NCBI GenBank assembly: GCA_050273025.1
Contig: CP158636.1
Coordinates: 868,001-932,000 of the forward strand
Origin: Cenococcum geophilum
Taxonomy: Eukaryota
Direction: 5' to 3'
DNA: 64,000 nt
A program made the position numbers and the translations under genes. The stretch's first letter is position 1; every line of letters begins with the position of its first letter. The notes under the pieces are model-generated. The model ran no database searches. It was not told the origin of the DNA and was given only the letters and a program-made list of their open reading frames with translations. Shown in pieces: positions 13,337 to 27,100 of the stretch.

Positions 13337-16300
13337 GTACCCCCTCTTTAAACTTAAGCTTTTGTAAGATAGAGCTGTAGTAGTTCTAGGTAGAGTTTAT
13401 AAAAGTCTTCTATAGCTTATATAAGTTCTATAGAGTTAACAGGTTCCCATAAGGGCTTAGTAAAGCCTCTCTATTTTATAAGGTATATATACTAGCGTTT
13501 CCGTTTATTATACTTAATATTATTAATTCTTTTAATAAAGTACTTGTTCTTACTATCTACTTTAACTAGTAGGGGAGGGTTTTATATTTATTTAGGTAGG
13601 GCATTTAATACGGGGGTAGTAGGGTAGAGGACTAATATATAGAATATAGGGTGGATTTTAACCGTATTAGGGAGCTTTAGTTAGTAGGCGTAAAAGGAAA
13701 TAATCTTCTTAATCTTATAAGGGCCAGCGTTTTTCTAATTAAGTTTCTTAGCAGGTTATTTTGTGTTTAGGTTTCTTATATCTAGCTAAATAAAGTTACT
13801 AATCTAGTAGGCCAGTACTAGGGTTTATTTCTTATTTACTGCGGCTTTATAGACAGATTGGGCCTATATTATTTTATTAGTAAGAAACTATTATAGTTCC
13901 TCCATCTTTTCTATAAATTTATTTGCTTTTATAACTTATAAAGCGTAATAAGCAGGGCGAGGAATATTACTAAAAGGTTTAAAACCCATTTATAGGTGCT
14001 AGCTATAATTGGCCAGGAATAGGGAAACCTTTATAGTTTCTAAGATAGAATTATTTATAGTAAACTTAGTAAATATAAGCTAGTTAATCTAGTTATCTTA
14101 TAAATACGACGTATATATCCGGATATACTGTTCTATTATAGCATTTATACGTTTTATTTAGCCGTTTATTTCTAGGTAATATATAGTAAATAGTAGTACT
14201 TTAATGCGGAGTTAGGTAGTTAGTTTTTTTTAAAATATAGAGATAAACTAGCTACCTTTATTAGAGATAATAGTTTTAAAGAGTCTGTAGAGTTTCTATA
14301 TATAATCTAGAAATAGTTAGGCGATAGTAGACGTTAATATATTAGGGCAGGCGATTAAGTGTCTTATCTTAGATAGTTGGTCTATAACTACTATAATATT
14401 TATACAGCCTTTACTTACGGGGAGGTTAATAATAAAGTTAATTAGGATGTCCTTCTATCTTTAGTCTAGAATAGGTAGTAGCTTTAGGAGGCCGTTATAT
14501 ATCTTATGTAAAGCTTTAGCTTATTAGCAGATATAATAGCTAGAGACGTACCTTTATATTATATTATATATATTCAGCTAATAGTATTCTTATTAGAGCA
14601 GCTCTAGGGTTCTTCTTTGGCCTAGGTGGCTGGCTGCTAGTAGATTATATATATATTTAAGGAGCTTAAGCTTAAGTTCGTTATAGTTAGGTATAACTAG
14701 GCGGTTCTAGTAATATAAGCGGTTTCCGCAGGCTTCGCATTTACTTAGAGAAATCTTTTTAAAGCGTCTAATGCTATCATGCATTAGCTTAAGCGTCTCT
14801 TAGATAAACTTATTATTTGGGTATTTATTAACTATAATTTGTTTAATTAATTAATTAGTTATTTTAAGGACGTATACCATAAGGTCTTTAGTAGGAGGGT
14901 TAAATAGTTTAGGGTAAAGTAGGGTCTGATTTTAGTAAAAGCGCGCTTCTTTTAGGGCTAGCGCGTCTTATAAGTGTTAGGTTAGGGCGTTAGGCTTTTA
15001 ACCTTAAACGCCTAGGCGGTACGTAATTAAGAACTAGAAATAAAACAGATGTTTTAACTAGCGGGCCTAATAATAACTTAGCTATTTTAGAGTTATAAAG
15101 TATTATAGGTTCTTATAGTTGCTAAGGACCTTAATTAGAAACTTAGCGCCTTCTAGTTTAGGTCGCCATTATTTAAAATATCTAATAATAGCTAATAATT
15201 CCTTATTATAGATCTTGTAGTTATATTTAGCTAGGCTTAGTTATTTTAAGAAGTATACTATAGGGTATAATACTCTATCCTTATTATATTAAGATAGGAT
15301 ACCTTTAGTAACGTAGTTAGATAAGTCGGCTTTTATAATACTTATTTAGTTTAGGTTAAAGTATTAGAGTATAGGCGCAGTAGTAAATATAACCTTTAAA
15401 TAAATAAAGGCCTTCTTATATTCCTTATTAAAGATAAAAACTTTATCTTTTTAGGTTAGAGCTATAAGGGGTAAAACTAGGGCGGAGAAGTTATTAATAA
15501 ACCGTTAGTAGAAATTAGCAAATCCTATAAAGGCTCTTACGTCCTTAATATTCTCGGGTTCTTACCAGTTTATAATTACTTTAACTTTCTTTAAGTCTAT
15601 TTATATACCGTTTATAAAAATAAGGAGTTTAAGGTATAGAACTTCTATTTTATAAAACTTATATTTATCTATATCTAATTATAGACTAGCTCCATATAGG
15701 GCTTATAGGATAAGGTTAACATATTTCTAATATTCAGTTAGGTTATTACTATATATTAGGATATTATTAATATAAGTAGTGCAGAAGATGTCTAGGTAGG
15801 GGCGCAGGGTATTATTTATATAATATTAAAACGAGCTTAGAGCGTTTACGAGGCTAAAGGGTATTACTAAGTACTTAAATAGTCTATATTGGGTACGAAA
15901 TGCAATAAGCTATTTGTCTCCTTTTATAATGCGAAGATAGTTAAATACAAAGATAATATTAAGCTTTATATAGTAATAAGCCTTACTTAGTTAGCTTAGC
16001 GTCTCTTATATTAACGAAATCAGATATTAGTTCTTAACGGTAATAGTATTAAGAGCTTAGTAGTCTATATAGAATTATAGATTGCCGCTAGGTTTCTTAA
16101 CGAAGATTACTAATATAGTTATAGGCGACGAGCTTACTCTAATAAATCCTTTAGTTAGGTTCTTATCTAAATACTTTTATAGCACTTAGAGTTCGTTTTA
16201 GGATATTCCATATAGGGGTCTAAATCTAGGCTGCTTTCCTTCTTTAAGTATAATCTTATAGTCATACAATCGGTATTCTAGTAGCTTATTAGCTTCCTTC

Positions 16301-18507
16301 CATAAGAATACCTCTAGGCGGTTATAGTACTTTACTAGTACCTTTATAGCGGGGTTAGTATACTTCTTTAGTGCTAAGGCCTTCTTAATATTAGCTATAG
16401 TAATAGCAAAGATTGTATATTTAGGTTTCTTAGTAAGTTGCGCTAGCGGGGTAGCTCCAATTATGCGGATATTTAGGGTGCTAAGCTTACTTAGATTGTC
16501 TATAGTTTCTTATTTAGGTTTAGGTTTAATATTAGGTATAGAGTTAGTATTAAATTTAGGTTCGGGTTCTTTAAGAATCCTTTTTATAGTAGAATACTAG
16601 TCCTTTTAGTATTTTTGTGTATTAAGCTTAAGCTTCTGCTTAGCTTAGGGCGGTATAGTACTTAGTAATAACTTATAGAATTTAGTAGAGTTTTCGGATC
16701 CTTAGTGGATGTCGGTGGAATTCTTATATTAGTAGAATTTAGTAGAATTCTTATGCTAGTAAAATCTAGTAGATTTCCTAGATTTTAGTTTAGGGTTAGG
16801 ATAGTATATTATAAAGCTCTTCTGCTTATAACGGGAGGCGGTAAATAGAAGCTTAAGGTTGTCCTAATTAATGGTTACTTTGCATAGCTTTATTTAGGGT
16901 TATTTAAGAATTACTAGGTAACCTAAGGTAGTAATAAAAAGCTTAATTAGTTCTTCGTGGTTTAGGTATTAAAGTCTTAGGTATACTACGTAGGTAATTT
17001 AGCCTAATACTATACGTTTGCTATTAAATCCAAATACGTTAATATGCTAGTTAAGGGGGGTTAGGGTAAAACTATTATCTTACGCAAAGATCTTATTAAT
17101 AAATCCTATGCTACTAGCTCCTATATTAATTAGGACTTAAATATTAGCCTATTAATTATTCTGTTAAAGACAATAGTTAACGGTTATGCTATAATTCTAG
17201 GAGTTAGAGTTTATAATATCTAAAGCGTTTAATAAGATCCTAAGGTAGAGCAGTCCTAGAGAGCGACTTAACTCTAAGATATACCTTTTAGTGGTGAGCG
17301 GGAAAGGGTTCCTATAGAACGTCGGTTATAGCTTTACCCTTATAAGTAGTGCTTACTAAATATGGGGCTGGAACTAGGTAAAGATTAGGGGCAGTAACTG
17401 GAAGATTAATGCGGTAAACGGTTACTAGTATTAGCCGTTTATAAATTATTTTAGGACATAGGTAAAGGGACGAGATAGTATTTTAAGATATAGTTCTTAC
17501 TTCCGCACTTAAAGCAAAGGCCTAACTTAATGCGTCTTTCTTATTTAGGGGACCCTAGTAAGGCGTACTTTAGGGCTTTAGTGTTAATATCTATGGCGTT
17601 AGGGTGCTTAGGCTAAGATAACTTAGTAGACGTTTATAGGGCTGTTATATTATATTAAGGAGCGTGTTTTGGTATTAGGCGTAGTATATTATTATACCAT
17701 TTATTAATAACGTTTATATAGGCGTTAAGGGCTCCTAGTAGGTCTACGCCTATTAGGAAGGTTTTTAGTTTAGGGCTTAAAGATTTAATAAGGCTATTAA
17801 TTAGTACGGAGTCGTTTTAGCCTATTTCCCTTATATAACGGTTAAATTTGGAGAAGTATATTAGGAAACTTTTCGTTCCTTAAGCTATGTAGTTTATCTT
17901 TCTCTAGGTAGTAGCTTAACAGTTTAGGTTACTATATAAGGCTTTAAGAAGTATAACTAGGCTTTATACTAAGGTTGGCTAAAGAGGTTTAATAAGGTTA
18001 GCTGCCTCTTCTCCTAGTCAACTTAGGGCGTAATAGAGTCGGTTAGCTTTGGTTAGGTAATGGTTAGTATTACTAGTTAGCTTATTTTTAAGCTGGCTTA
18101 GAAATAATTAGAGTTCTTATTATTTACTAATAAATACCGGGGGATCTAGTAGTCGTTTAGATTATTTTAGTATAGTAGTTAGTTTAAGGTAAATAGCTGC
18201 TATAGGTTTGGGGCTTACGTTCCACATATTTATTTTTAGAGATAGTATTTAGTCTTAAGGCCCTAACGTAGGTATCTTAAGTATATAGATTTCTTCTTAG
18301 AGGTCCTTAATTAATTACTAGTATCGTACTTCTTATTCGGCTTATTGTTAATTTAAAGTGGCTTAGTTTTATAAAAGGGCGTTTATAAAAGACTTCTATA
18401 TTTCTACTAGTTATTTTTAAAGTGCGGATATAATACTAGCGGCCGTTATAGAGGCTTTAGGGTTATTTTATATTTTGGAGGTAGTATATAAAGTTAATAT
18501 AATATAG

Positions 18508-18839
18508 TATTACGGAGTAAGTATAAGCGGCGATAATATATAGCAAGGTAGATATTATTAAGCTATATATATAAACTATATAAGAAATTAAAACATTATA
18601 TAAAAAAAGAAGGTAGGAAAACGGGAAGAAAGGGTATATATTATTGACTTAGTTGCTTAGTTAATATATATATAGGGCAGAATAGGGTTTAGGTTATAGT
18701 CCTAGTAAAACTTAGCAAAATCTAGTAGAACTTAGCAGAATATGGCAGAATGCCGTAAATTGCCGTTAGATTGCTATTTTACGGTTAGTCTTTAATTGCT
18801 AAGTTAGTAGAAATAGGTAGATATATATAAGGTGTTATA
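18508..18839 (-). repeat. Family C 5' LTR (lacks the outermost 16 bp)
   Basis: tattacggagtaagt...ggtgttata, followed directly by the TSD. Confidence 0.9.
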
Positions 18840-20855
18840 GTGGTACCCTATTATATACTATTTAAAGACTATAATAGATACTAAGCTAAACTACTATATC
18901 TATAATAAAGAAATACTAGCTATTATCTCTAGCTTTTAGCACTAGCGTATATAGCTAGAGAGGACCCCTAAGCTAATTAAGGTAGTTTTAGATTATAAGG
19001 CCCTAGAATACTTTATAATAACTAAGGCCCTTATAGCCTAGTAGGCACGCTAGGCGGATACCCTATCTTAGTTTAACTTTTTAATTATATATAGACTAGG
19101 CGCTATAAACCGTATAGACGCTCTTATAAGGCGTAAGTAAGACCTAGATAACTAGATAGCTATAAAATCTTATTACAGACCTAAATACTACTATAACTAG
19201 AATACCTTAACCCCTAAATACGGGCAGAACTAAGTATAGACTTCTTAGGCGCTAAGATATATCCTATTAACTCCTTTAAACTTAACCTTATTAATAAACT
19301 ACTATAGGCTAACTAAACGACCCCCTCTCTATAAGAGTACTGTGAAAAGGTAAAGACTATTACTAGCCTATGGTCCCTTAAAAACGGACTACTTAAGTAC
19401 TAAGAACGGCTAGTAGTAGCTAAGGAATAGAACTTATAGACCTAGCTTATTACTAAAGCTTATGCCTAGGTCTTTACGGCCTATCCTAAAAAAAATAAAA
19501 CCTATAAGATTATTAGTAACTGCTATTACTAGCCCGAAATAGTTATAGATATTAACCGTTATATATAGAACTGCGATAGCTGCCGTAGATTTATAATCCT
19601 ATAAGATAAGACCCCGGGATTATTAAAACGCCCCTAGTAATATATCTTTATAGACTTTTATAAGCTACCTATAGACCGTAATAGATACGATATGGTTATA
19701 ATTCTAGTTAACCGCTTTAGTAAGCGCCTATTCTTAATCCTATGTTATAAGAATATTAATGCTAAAGAAGTGGCCCAATTATATATTTACTACGTCTACT
19801 AAATCTATAGACTACTAAATACTATTATATCTAATTATAGGCCGTAATTTATATTAGCTTTCTAGAATAAGTTTACCTAGATTTTAGGCATTAAGCTAGA
19901 GCTTTCTACTGTATACCACCCCTAGACAGATAGTTAGATAGAAATTATAAATTAATACTTAGATTAGAGACTTCGGCCCTTTATTAACTACTTTTAAGAT
20001 AACTGGGCTAAACTGCTACCCCTAATAGACTATACCTAAGCGACCCTACCCTACGACTCTATAGGATTTGCCCCTATTTAACTAGAAATGGGTTACTTAC
20101 CCTATATAAGCTTTAACTGGGAAAGACTAAAAGGACCCCGGACTATACGTGAAAAACTATCTTATAAGAAAGCACGGCAGTACTCTAAGTGCTTAAAAGA
20201 AGCCTAGATAGTAGCCCGGATAAATCTAGAAAAGGCCTAAAAATTAATATAATAATAGGTAAATAAGTATAGACAAGAGCCTAACTTTGCTATAGGAGAT
20301 ATGGTCTAGGTTATAATAAAGAACCAGAAGACGAAATGACCTAGCTATAAGCTAAACTATTAGATAGTAGGACCGTATAAGGTTTTTAAGAAGATAGGTA
20401 ACGCGTATAAAGTAAAGCTCCTAGATTTAATTAAAGTTTACCCTATTTTCTCTTTGGACAAACTATAGAAAGCTATAAATAACCTATTACCTAGATAAAA
20501 GAATAAACCTTCTCTACCGATTTAAGTTAATAGTAATAATAAATAGGAAATTAAAGAAATACTAGCCTATAAGCTTATAAGGGGAACGTTAAAATATTAT
20601 ATTAGTTAAAAAGGGTATAACCTAAACCCTACTTAGTACTCTATATAGAACTTTATAGGTAGTCCCTATAAGCTTTAAAAGTTTATAGTTGTTACCCTAA
20701 TAAACCCGGACCCCTAAAGTACTTTAATAAGTAAATAGAATGCTAAAATAGTGAAGATAATAAGCTACCTATTAAGCATAAAGATAAGAATACCCTATAG
20801 ATATAATATAGACGTATAAAGCCTAAGGGCAGGCTTTTTTAGAGGGGGGGGGTAA

Positions 20856-21157
20856 TGTTACGGCGCTAGTAGAAACTAGTAGAAATTGGTAAATTATAGC
20901 TAATAGATATTAGTGGATATTAGTAGATTATAGTAGATAGTTATAGATAGTTTTATATAGTTCTAAATAGTTACTATTACGTAACTAGAGGATTACATAT
21001 AATGTTAAGCGGCGCCGCCCTCTATCTCCTTTCCTTTCTTTAGCTTTAGATCTTTGTTTATAGACTACTAATTATATAGGCTTACGCGTCCCTCTTGCCG
21101 TGCTCGTGCCTTAATTAGCTAAGTCGCTAATAGCAATATTATTTAGTTTAAGGCGCT
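20856..21157 (+). repeat. Family B 3' LTR (interrupted near its end by family A copy 2)
   Basis: Starts tgttacgg just after the poly-G PPT. No second copy is in the window to confirm the end. Confidence 0.7.
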
Positions 21158-24100
21158 TGTCACAGTGCTGCAATAAAGTAGACTAAATAACTATATTATG
21201 GTATAAAGAGGGGAAGAAGGTGGAAAGGGGGTATTGTATATAAATAGTAGGGCCGGCCGCTAAGTCGCTAGTAGTAGGCTAGCTAATAGTAGGGAATAGT
21301 ACGAGATAGTATAAAACAGTATATGTTAGGTCAGTGCCGTAATAGTACTCCTCTCCCCTAGATAGTTTGGTCCCTAAACTAAATAAATAACTTAAAAATA
21401 GGCAGTATACGGGGTTGCCTATTTTTTTTACCATAAAGATATTAGTTCTACTTACCGCCCTTAACTAAGCTAATGGCGATTTTCTATACCGGGTATAGAA
21501 AATCCTAATTAGTTAGTTTAGTAAGTAAGGTTGGTAGAACTCTATACCACTACCCAAATTAATCCGCGTGGCGTTTTTTAGCAAGAATTTAGCTAATTAG
21601 ATAACTTTAACTACTAGTTAAAGTTCTATAATATCTTAACTATCACAAATTTTAATACGGTGGTCGACCGTAACTTTAGTGTGACTTTTTCTTATCTTAT
21701 ACCTAGTCTGGGGGTTCTAGCTTCTTAGGGTATTGCTTATAGAAGCGCTATATAGCTTATTTATAACCCTTTAGGTCTTCCTCTAACTGCTAGGTTATAT
21801 CCTTATAATATTTCCATTTAATCTTATAAGTTAGGCCCTAGGGGTCTTCGTTATATATATTAAGGATTTTCTTAAACTCCTATTTATCTTCTATATTGCC
21901 GTTATTGTCTCTTTTTGCTACTCGTCCTTATACATTATAACGCTTTATAGTATTAATATTTACTTAGCTAGGGATCTCTTTAGCAGCCTAGAGGCGGACC
22001 TTAGATATATAAAAGGATTTATTTACTTAGATATATAAAAGGACTTATTTACTTAGATATATAAAAGGATTTATTTACTTAGATATATAAAAGGATTTAT
22101 TTACTTAGATATAGTCTAGGAGGTCTACTACGACTACCCCTTAGTATACTACGAGTACGGGGTACAAGCCGTCCTATTTATCGTCCTATTTCTTCTTAGG
22201 TCTATTTATCTTTATATTTTCTAAGCTAACTATAACTATATCGCCTTCGTAGAATAACGCGCTCTCGTCCCTATAGGTATTAGTATTGTCTTTATAGCGT
22301 TACTATAAAATCCAGGCTAGGGCCTTAAGCTATATTAATATCCGCTTAAAGCGGTTGGCCATAGAGTCTATATGGAAGAACTCCTTCTTTGCTTATATTA
22401 ATAGTGTTAGTAGGTAGAGGCCAGTAGGCTTAATTCTAAGGCAAGGGTTAAAGCCATAGTTTGTAAAAAATAGAGAGATGCCTATACTCTTATTAACTTA
22501 GTTATTTATAGCAAACTTAGTAAGTAGTAGGTAGTTAACCTAGTTGTCCTATATAAAGCTAATAAAAGCATAGAGGTATTTATTTATAGTAGCGTTATTA
22601 ATTTTAGTTTAGCTATCTGTTTTTAGGTATTAGGCTAAGCTTAGTTATAAGGTTGTCTTAAGGCGTTTACTTAGTTATTGCTAAAAGTTACTAATAAATT
22701 ATATGCTGTAATTAGAGATAATTATGCTTAGTACACCGTAGAGCTTATATATATTATTAATAAAGCTATTAACTAGCTCCTCTATTAAGAGTCCTATTAC
22801 TAAAACAAAGTGTTATATTTTAGTTTGGCGGTCTATAATAATAAGGGTATATTTATATGCCTTATTATAGCGTTAGTATACCGGCAGCGTTATAATATAG
22901 TTAATTAAGATATTAGTTTACGGGCGGGTAGGTAATTTTAGTAGCTTTAGAAAACCGGGCGGGGTAAAATAGGGGGTTTTAGTGCAAAAGTATAGGGTAC
23001 AGTCTTTAACAAAGGTAGCCGTAAACTGGGAGATTCCTAGCTACTAGTATATTTAGTTTAAGAGGTTAAGAGTCTTAACCTAGCCGGGGTAACTAGTGAG
23101 GCCGCTGCTATAAGAGCGATGGGTAACTTCTAGGTAAAGGTCTAGGGCGTTAGGGATAAAGAGATATTGGCGGAAGTAGATCTATTTATTAACAATACTA
23201 TATTCTAACTTATTATAACGGAGTAATTTCCTAATCTTCTTTAGCTAACGGCAAGCTTTCTAATTACGTAGGGCTGCTACTATATCTCTTACGAGTTCAT
23301 TCTCCTAGTATCCTAGCTAGATTAACTTATCCAGTAACTTTTCGGCCATTTAGGGTCTAGAGCGGCTATAAACTCCGCGTTATTAGAGTTATAGGACTTA
23401 TATAGTAATTCTTCTAAAATTATAGGGTTAACTTTCTGGGGCAGTATAATGACCTAGGCTCAGTAATAGAGGCGTTTATTATTAGCGTCCTTAGGCCTTA
23501 TTCCTAGTAGCCAGCTTAGGGCGTTAGGGAGCGTGGCTTTACTACTAGGTCTATATATAATTATAAAGTTAAACTATAAAAGGAACTCTACCTACTAGAC
23601 TTAGCGCTAGTTTAGCTACTTAGTAGTTATAAACGTCTATAAGTTCTTATGGTCGGTAATAATTTTAAACGGCTCCTTAGTCCCTTATAGCTTAGGACGC
23701 TATTCCTTTAAAGCCTTAATAATAACTAAGAGTTCTTTATTATAGATCTTATAGTTATACTTTAGTATAAAGTGCTTTACGGAGAAAAATGCGACTAGTC
23801 TTAATTTTCTATTATTATTATACTGGGAAAGGACTCCGCCGGAAGCCTAATTTAATATATCTATCTCTACTACTGTTTTCTTCGTATAGTTATAGTATGC
23901 TAATACTAGTGCTGAAGTAAAGGCTCCCTTAAGGGCCTTAAACGATTTAGCTTATTCTAGTCCCTATAGCCATCCGATATCCTTCTTTAGGAGTTTTATT
24001 ATAGGTATAGCGATAGCAAAGTAGCCTTAGATAAATCGTTAGTAGAAGTTCGTAAAGCTAAGAAATTATTATAGTTCTTTAATTAATATTAGGTCCTTTT

Positions 24101-27100
24101 ATTCCTATAAGGCCTATACCTTCTTAGGGTCTATAGTTATACTATTAGTTAAGATAATTAAGCCAAGGTATTTTGTTTTAGTAGAGTAGAACTTAGACTT
24201 ATTAATATTAATCTAAAGTCCAGCATTGCCAAGTCTTTAGATAACTTTATTTATTATTAAGGTAGGCAGTGCAGTAGTTATTAAGGGCGTTATATAGAAT
24301 ATAGTTAATATAGTTTTAGAACGTAGCGGGTGCGTTATAGAGGCCAAATAGTATAACTAGTATTTTATAGAGTCCAAACTAGGTAATAAATGCTATAAGC
24401 TATTTATAGCCCTTTATAATCCGGATCTAGTTAAACGCAGTAATTATATTAAGTTTAGTAAAGTACTTAGTACTATAAAGTGCGTTAAGTATCTCGCAAA
24501 TTAGTATTAGTGGGTATTAATTCTTAATAGTAACTATATTTAGGCCTTAGTAGTTATAGTAGATTTATATACCACCGCCAGGCTTAGTAGCGAGGAGAAA
24601 TAGTACGGTAGCTGGTGAGGTTAATTTGCAGATAAAACCCTTATCCAGCATCTTATTAATCCACTTTCTTACACACCTAAGTTTAGTAGGTAAAAGTGGT
24701 CTATTTTTATAGTATAGGGCCTAGTTTCTAGGGGTAATCTTAATTTTATGGTCCTATGGTTAGTAAGGGGGCAGCTTATCTATATTTTTAAGGAGGAAGT
24801 ACTTAATATATTTACCAAACTCCTTTAGTAGGCGTTATAAAATGTCTTTACGGGTTAATCCTAGTTTACCTTTTAGGAATTTTTTAATATCGGTATTAAC
24901 TATCTTCCGATATAAAAACTTGGGTTTAGTTTTTAGATTTATCTTAAAGAAGTTATAGAAATAGGGGGGGAGCACTTTATAGGCTTTCTTTATTATATAG
25001 TCGCCTTCTGCTAGCCGGCGGAAAGACCTTTTTAATAGGTTTAGTACTTCTATTAGGCCTATAGGCAGCTCTTTAAGCAGCTATTAGTGCTTATTTTGTT
25101 TAACTAATTCTACTAGCTCCGCTATATAGATCCTTATTACCTTTACATCTTTTTATTTATAGAACTGGGTGAAATTAATAGCATAAGTGTATTTAATATC
25201 GTCTAGGTTAGGGCGTATCTGGTTCTCTAGTACTACGGCTAGGCTAGTATAGCTTAGTTAGCCTAGAGGGGCGGAAACGAGGCGGCGGCCCTATATAGTA
25301 CGCGCGGAAGACAGGTGTAAGGTTAGGCGTTATAGTGGCGCGGTTTTTATTATCTAGGTCTTAGTAGTTCTATAGTTAATCCTTACTATAACGCGAGCTA
25401 TAATATGCGTATATAGTATATAGCTTAGTTCCGGGTGTTAGGCTAGGTAATTAGGGTTTAAACAGTGCCAGGGTTAGGGTTAAAATTTTAATAGTAGCGG
25501 CGTAAAGCGAACCTTCTTCCTTAGTCTTAGTAGGGCTAGCTAGCCTATTATTTTAGTCTTAAGTGCTAGGGTAGTCTAGTCTTCTACTATCTCGTTTCTT
25601 TACAGCTATATAGGCTCCCCTTTATTAGGAACGTCTTCTACTATTAAGGCTTTATATATAGTCCTAGGCACTAGGCTTAGTAGTGCTAAGTATCTATATA
25701 GGGCATCTCTGCTAACGTCGGTTATCCCCTACGGAAGGCAGTGCCTAAAGTAGTAGTCTAAGTTAAAGCGGATCTTAAGTTTCCTAAAGCTGGGACGGGG
25801 CTCGTGCTTCTAAAGCTAGGGCATATCTAGGATAATTAGGGTAGTGGGCGAGAGTTTAGTAATAAAAAAGAGTATAGCTTTAGTATGGAGGCCAATTAAT
25901 ATTTAGGTAGTAAAGTAGTCCGTAATAAGCGAAGTTAGGATACTATTTATAAGGCGCAGTAGCCTAAGTGCCAGCAGCTTCTTAGTTATAACGTTATACT
26001 TTCTTATAATAGACTCTACGTTAGTAAATACCATTATAGTACTACCGGAGTCCACTAGGCTTACTATATTAATATAAACTTAGGGGTATAGGGTACGTAA
26101 TAAAGAGAGTTAGGTTTAAATAAGGATTAATTTCTTATTACTATTTACTAAGTGGCAGTTTACTAATAGAAAGGACTAATTAATCTAGTGATAGGGACCT
26201 AATCTTCTTGTCTTCCTCCTTATATAGTTTAGACCCTTAGATACAACTTAGTTTAAGGGTCTACCTTTTAACGATTAGGGTATAGGGCTATCTTAGCGGG
26301 GCGGTCTAGTGTTTATCTAGCTGGCGGTGTTAGTTTTAGTTTTAATCGGGGTATAGGAAGATAATACCTTGCTAACGACGTGGCCGTGTTTATATTTACT
26401 AGCGTAAAGTCACTAATACTAGGCGTTATTAACGGGTTAGGCTCCTATATAAGGCATAGTTTAGAGTAATTAAGCTATAGGGTTAAAAGGAGGGGGTTAT
26501 CTACCGCGGCTATAATAGGCTCCGCGGTTACCGCGTCTATAATAGACTTTATAGTTACCGCGTCTACGGTTATTAGTTCGCGTTATTTAATAGGATGGCA
26601 TTAGGACTAGGTTTACTATTTTAGTAGGGTTATAGGCATCCTTTTAGTGGCCAGGCAGGCTATAGGCAAGGTATAGTCTATTATTAACGCGGCGCTTACG
26701 CTCTATATCTAAGATTTTATTAAGGTTTATAGGTTCTCTAGTTATTACTAGGGTTAGGGTTAATATAGGGGCAGGGGCTTAGGCAGGTAGGTGGTGGTTA
26801 GCGTTCTTCTTAAGGTTGGCTCGGTGTATATAGTTTATAAGGTTTTTAACAAATATATTTATCTACTTACTCTAACCTATATAGTCGCTGTTATTAATTT
26901 TATAAGCAAGTTTAAGTACTAGCTCTTCTATCTTTAAAAAGATATACTTTTAGAGTAGGTCCACCTTCTATTTATTTGTCTTCTTAGCGCGGACTATTAG
27001 CTTATTAAGCTCTTTTTTCTAGGACTAGTAATTACGCTCGCCCTAGGGGAAATAGTTAAGCTTATTCTTTACGACCTAGGTTATATTAAGGACCTTATAG

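Larger units (their letters stand above)
12945..18839 (-). mobile_element. Ty3/Gypsy chromovirus family C, copy 1
   Basis: LTRs 12945-13336 and 18508-18839; TSD GTAGT/GTGGT; PPT complement ccccctctt near 13340-13348. De-RIP minus-strand motifs: LIDTGAS (~17125), AYIDDILIYS (~15765), chromodomain EYFVE...YLVKWRGF...WEP (~13440-13550). Confidence 0.93.
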
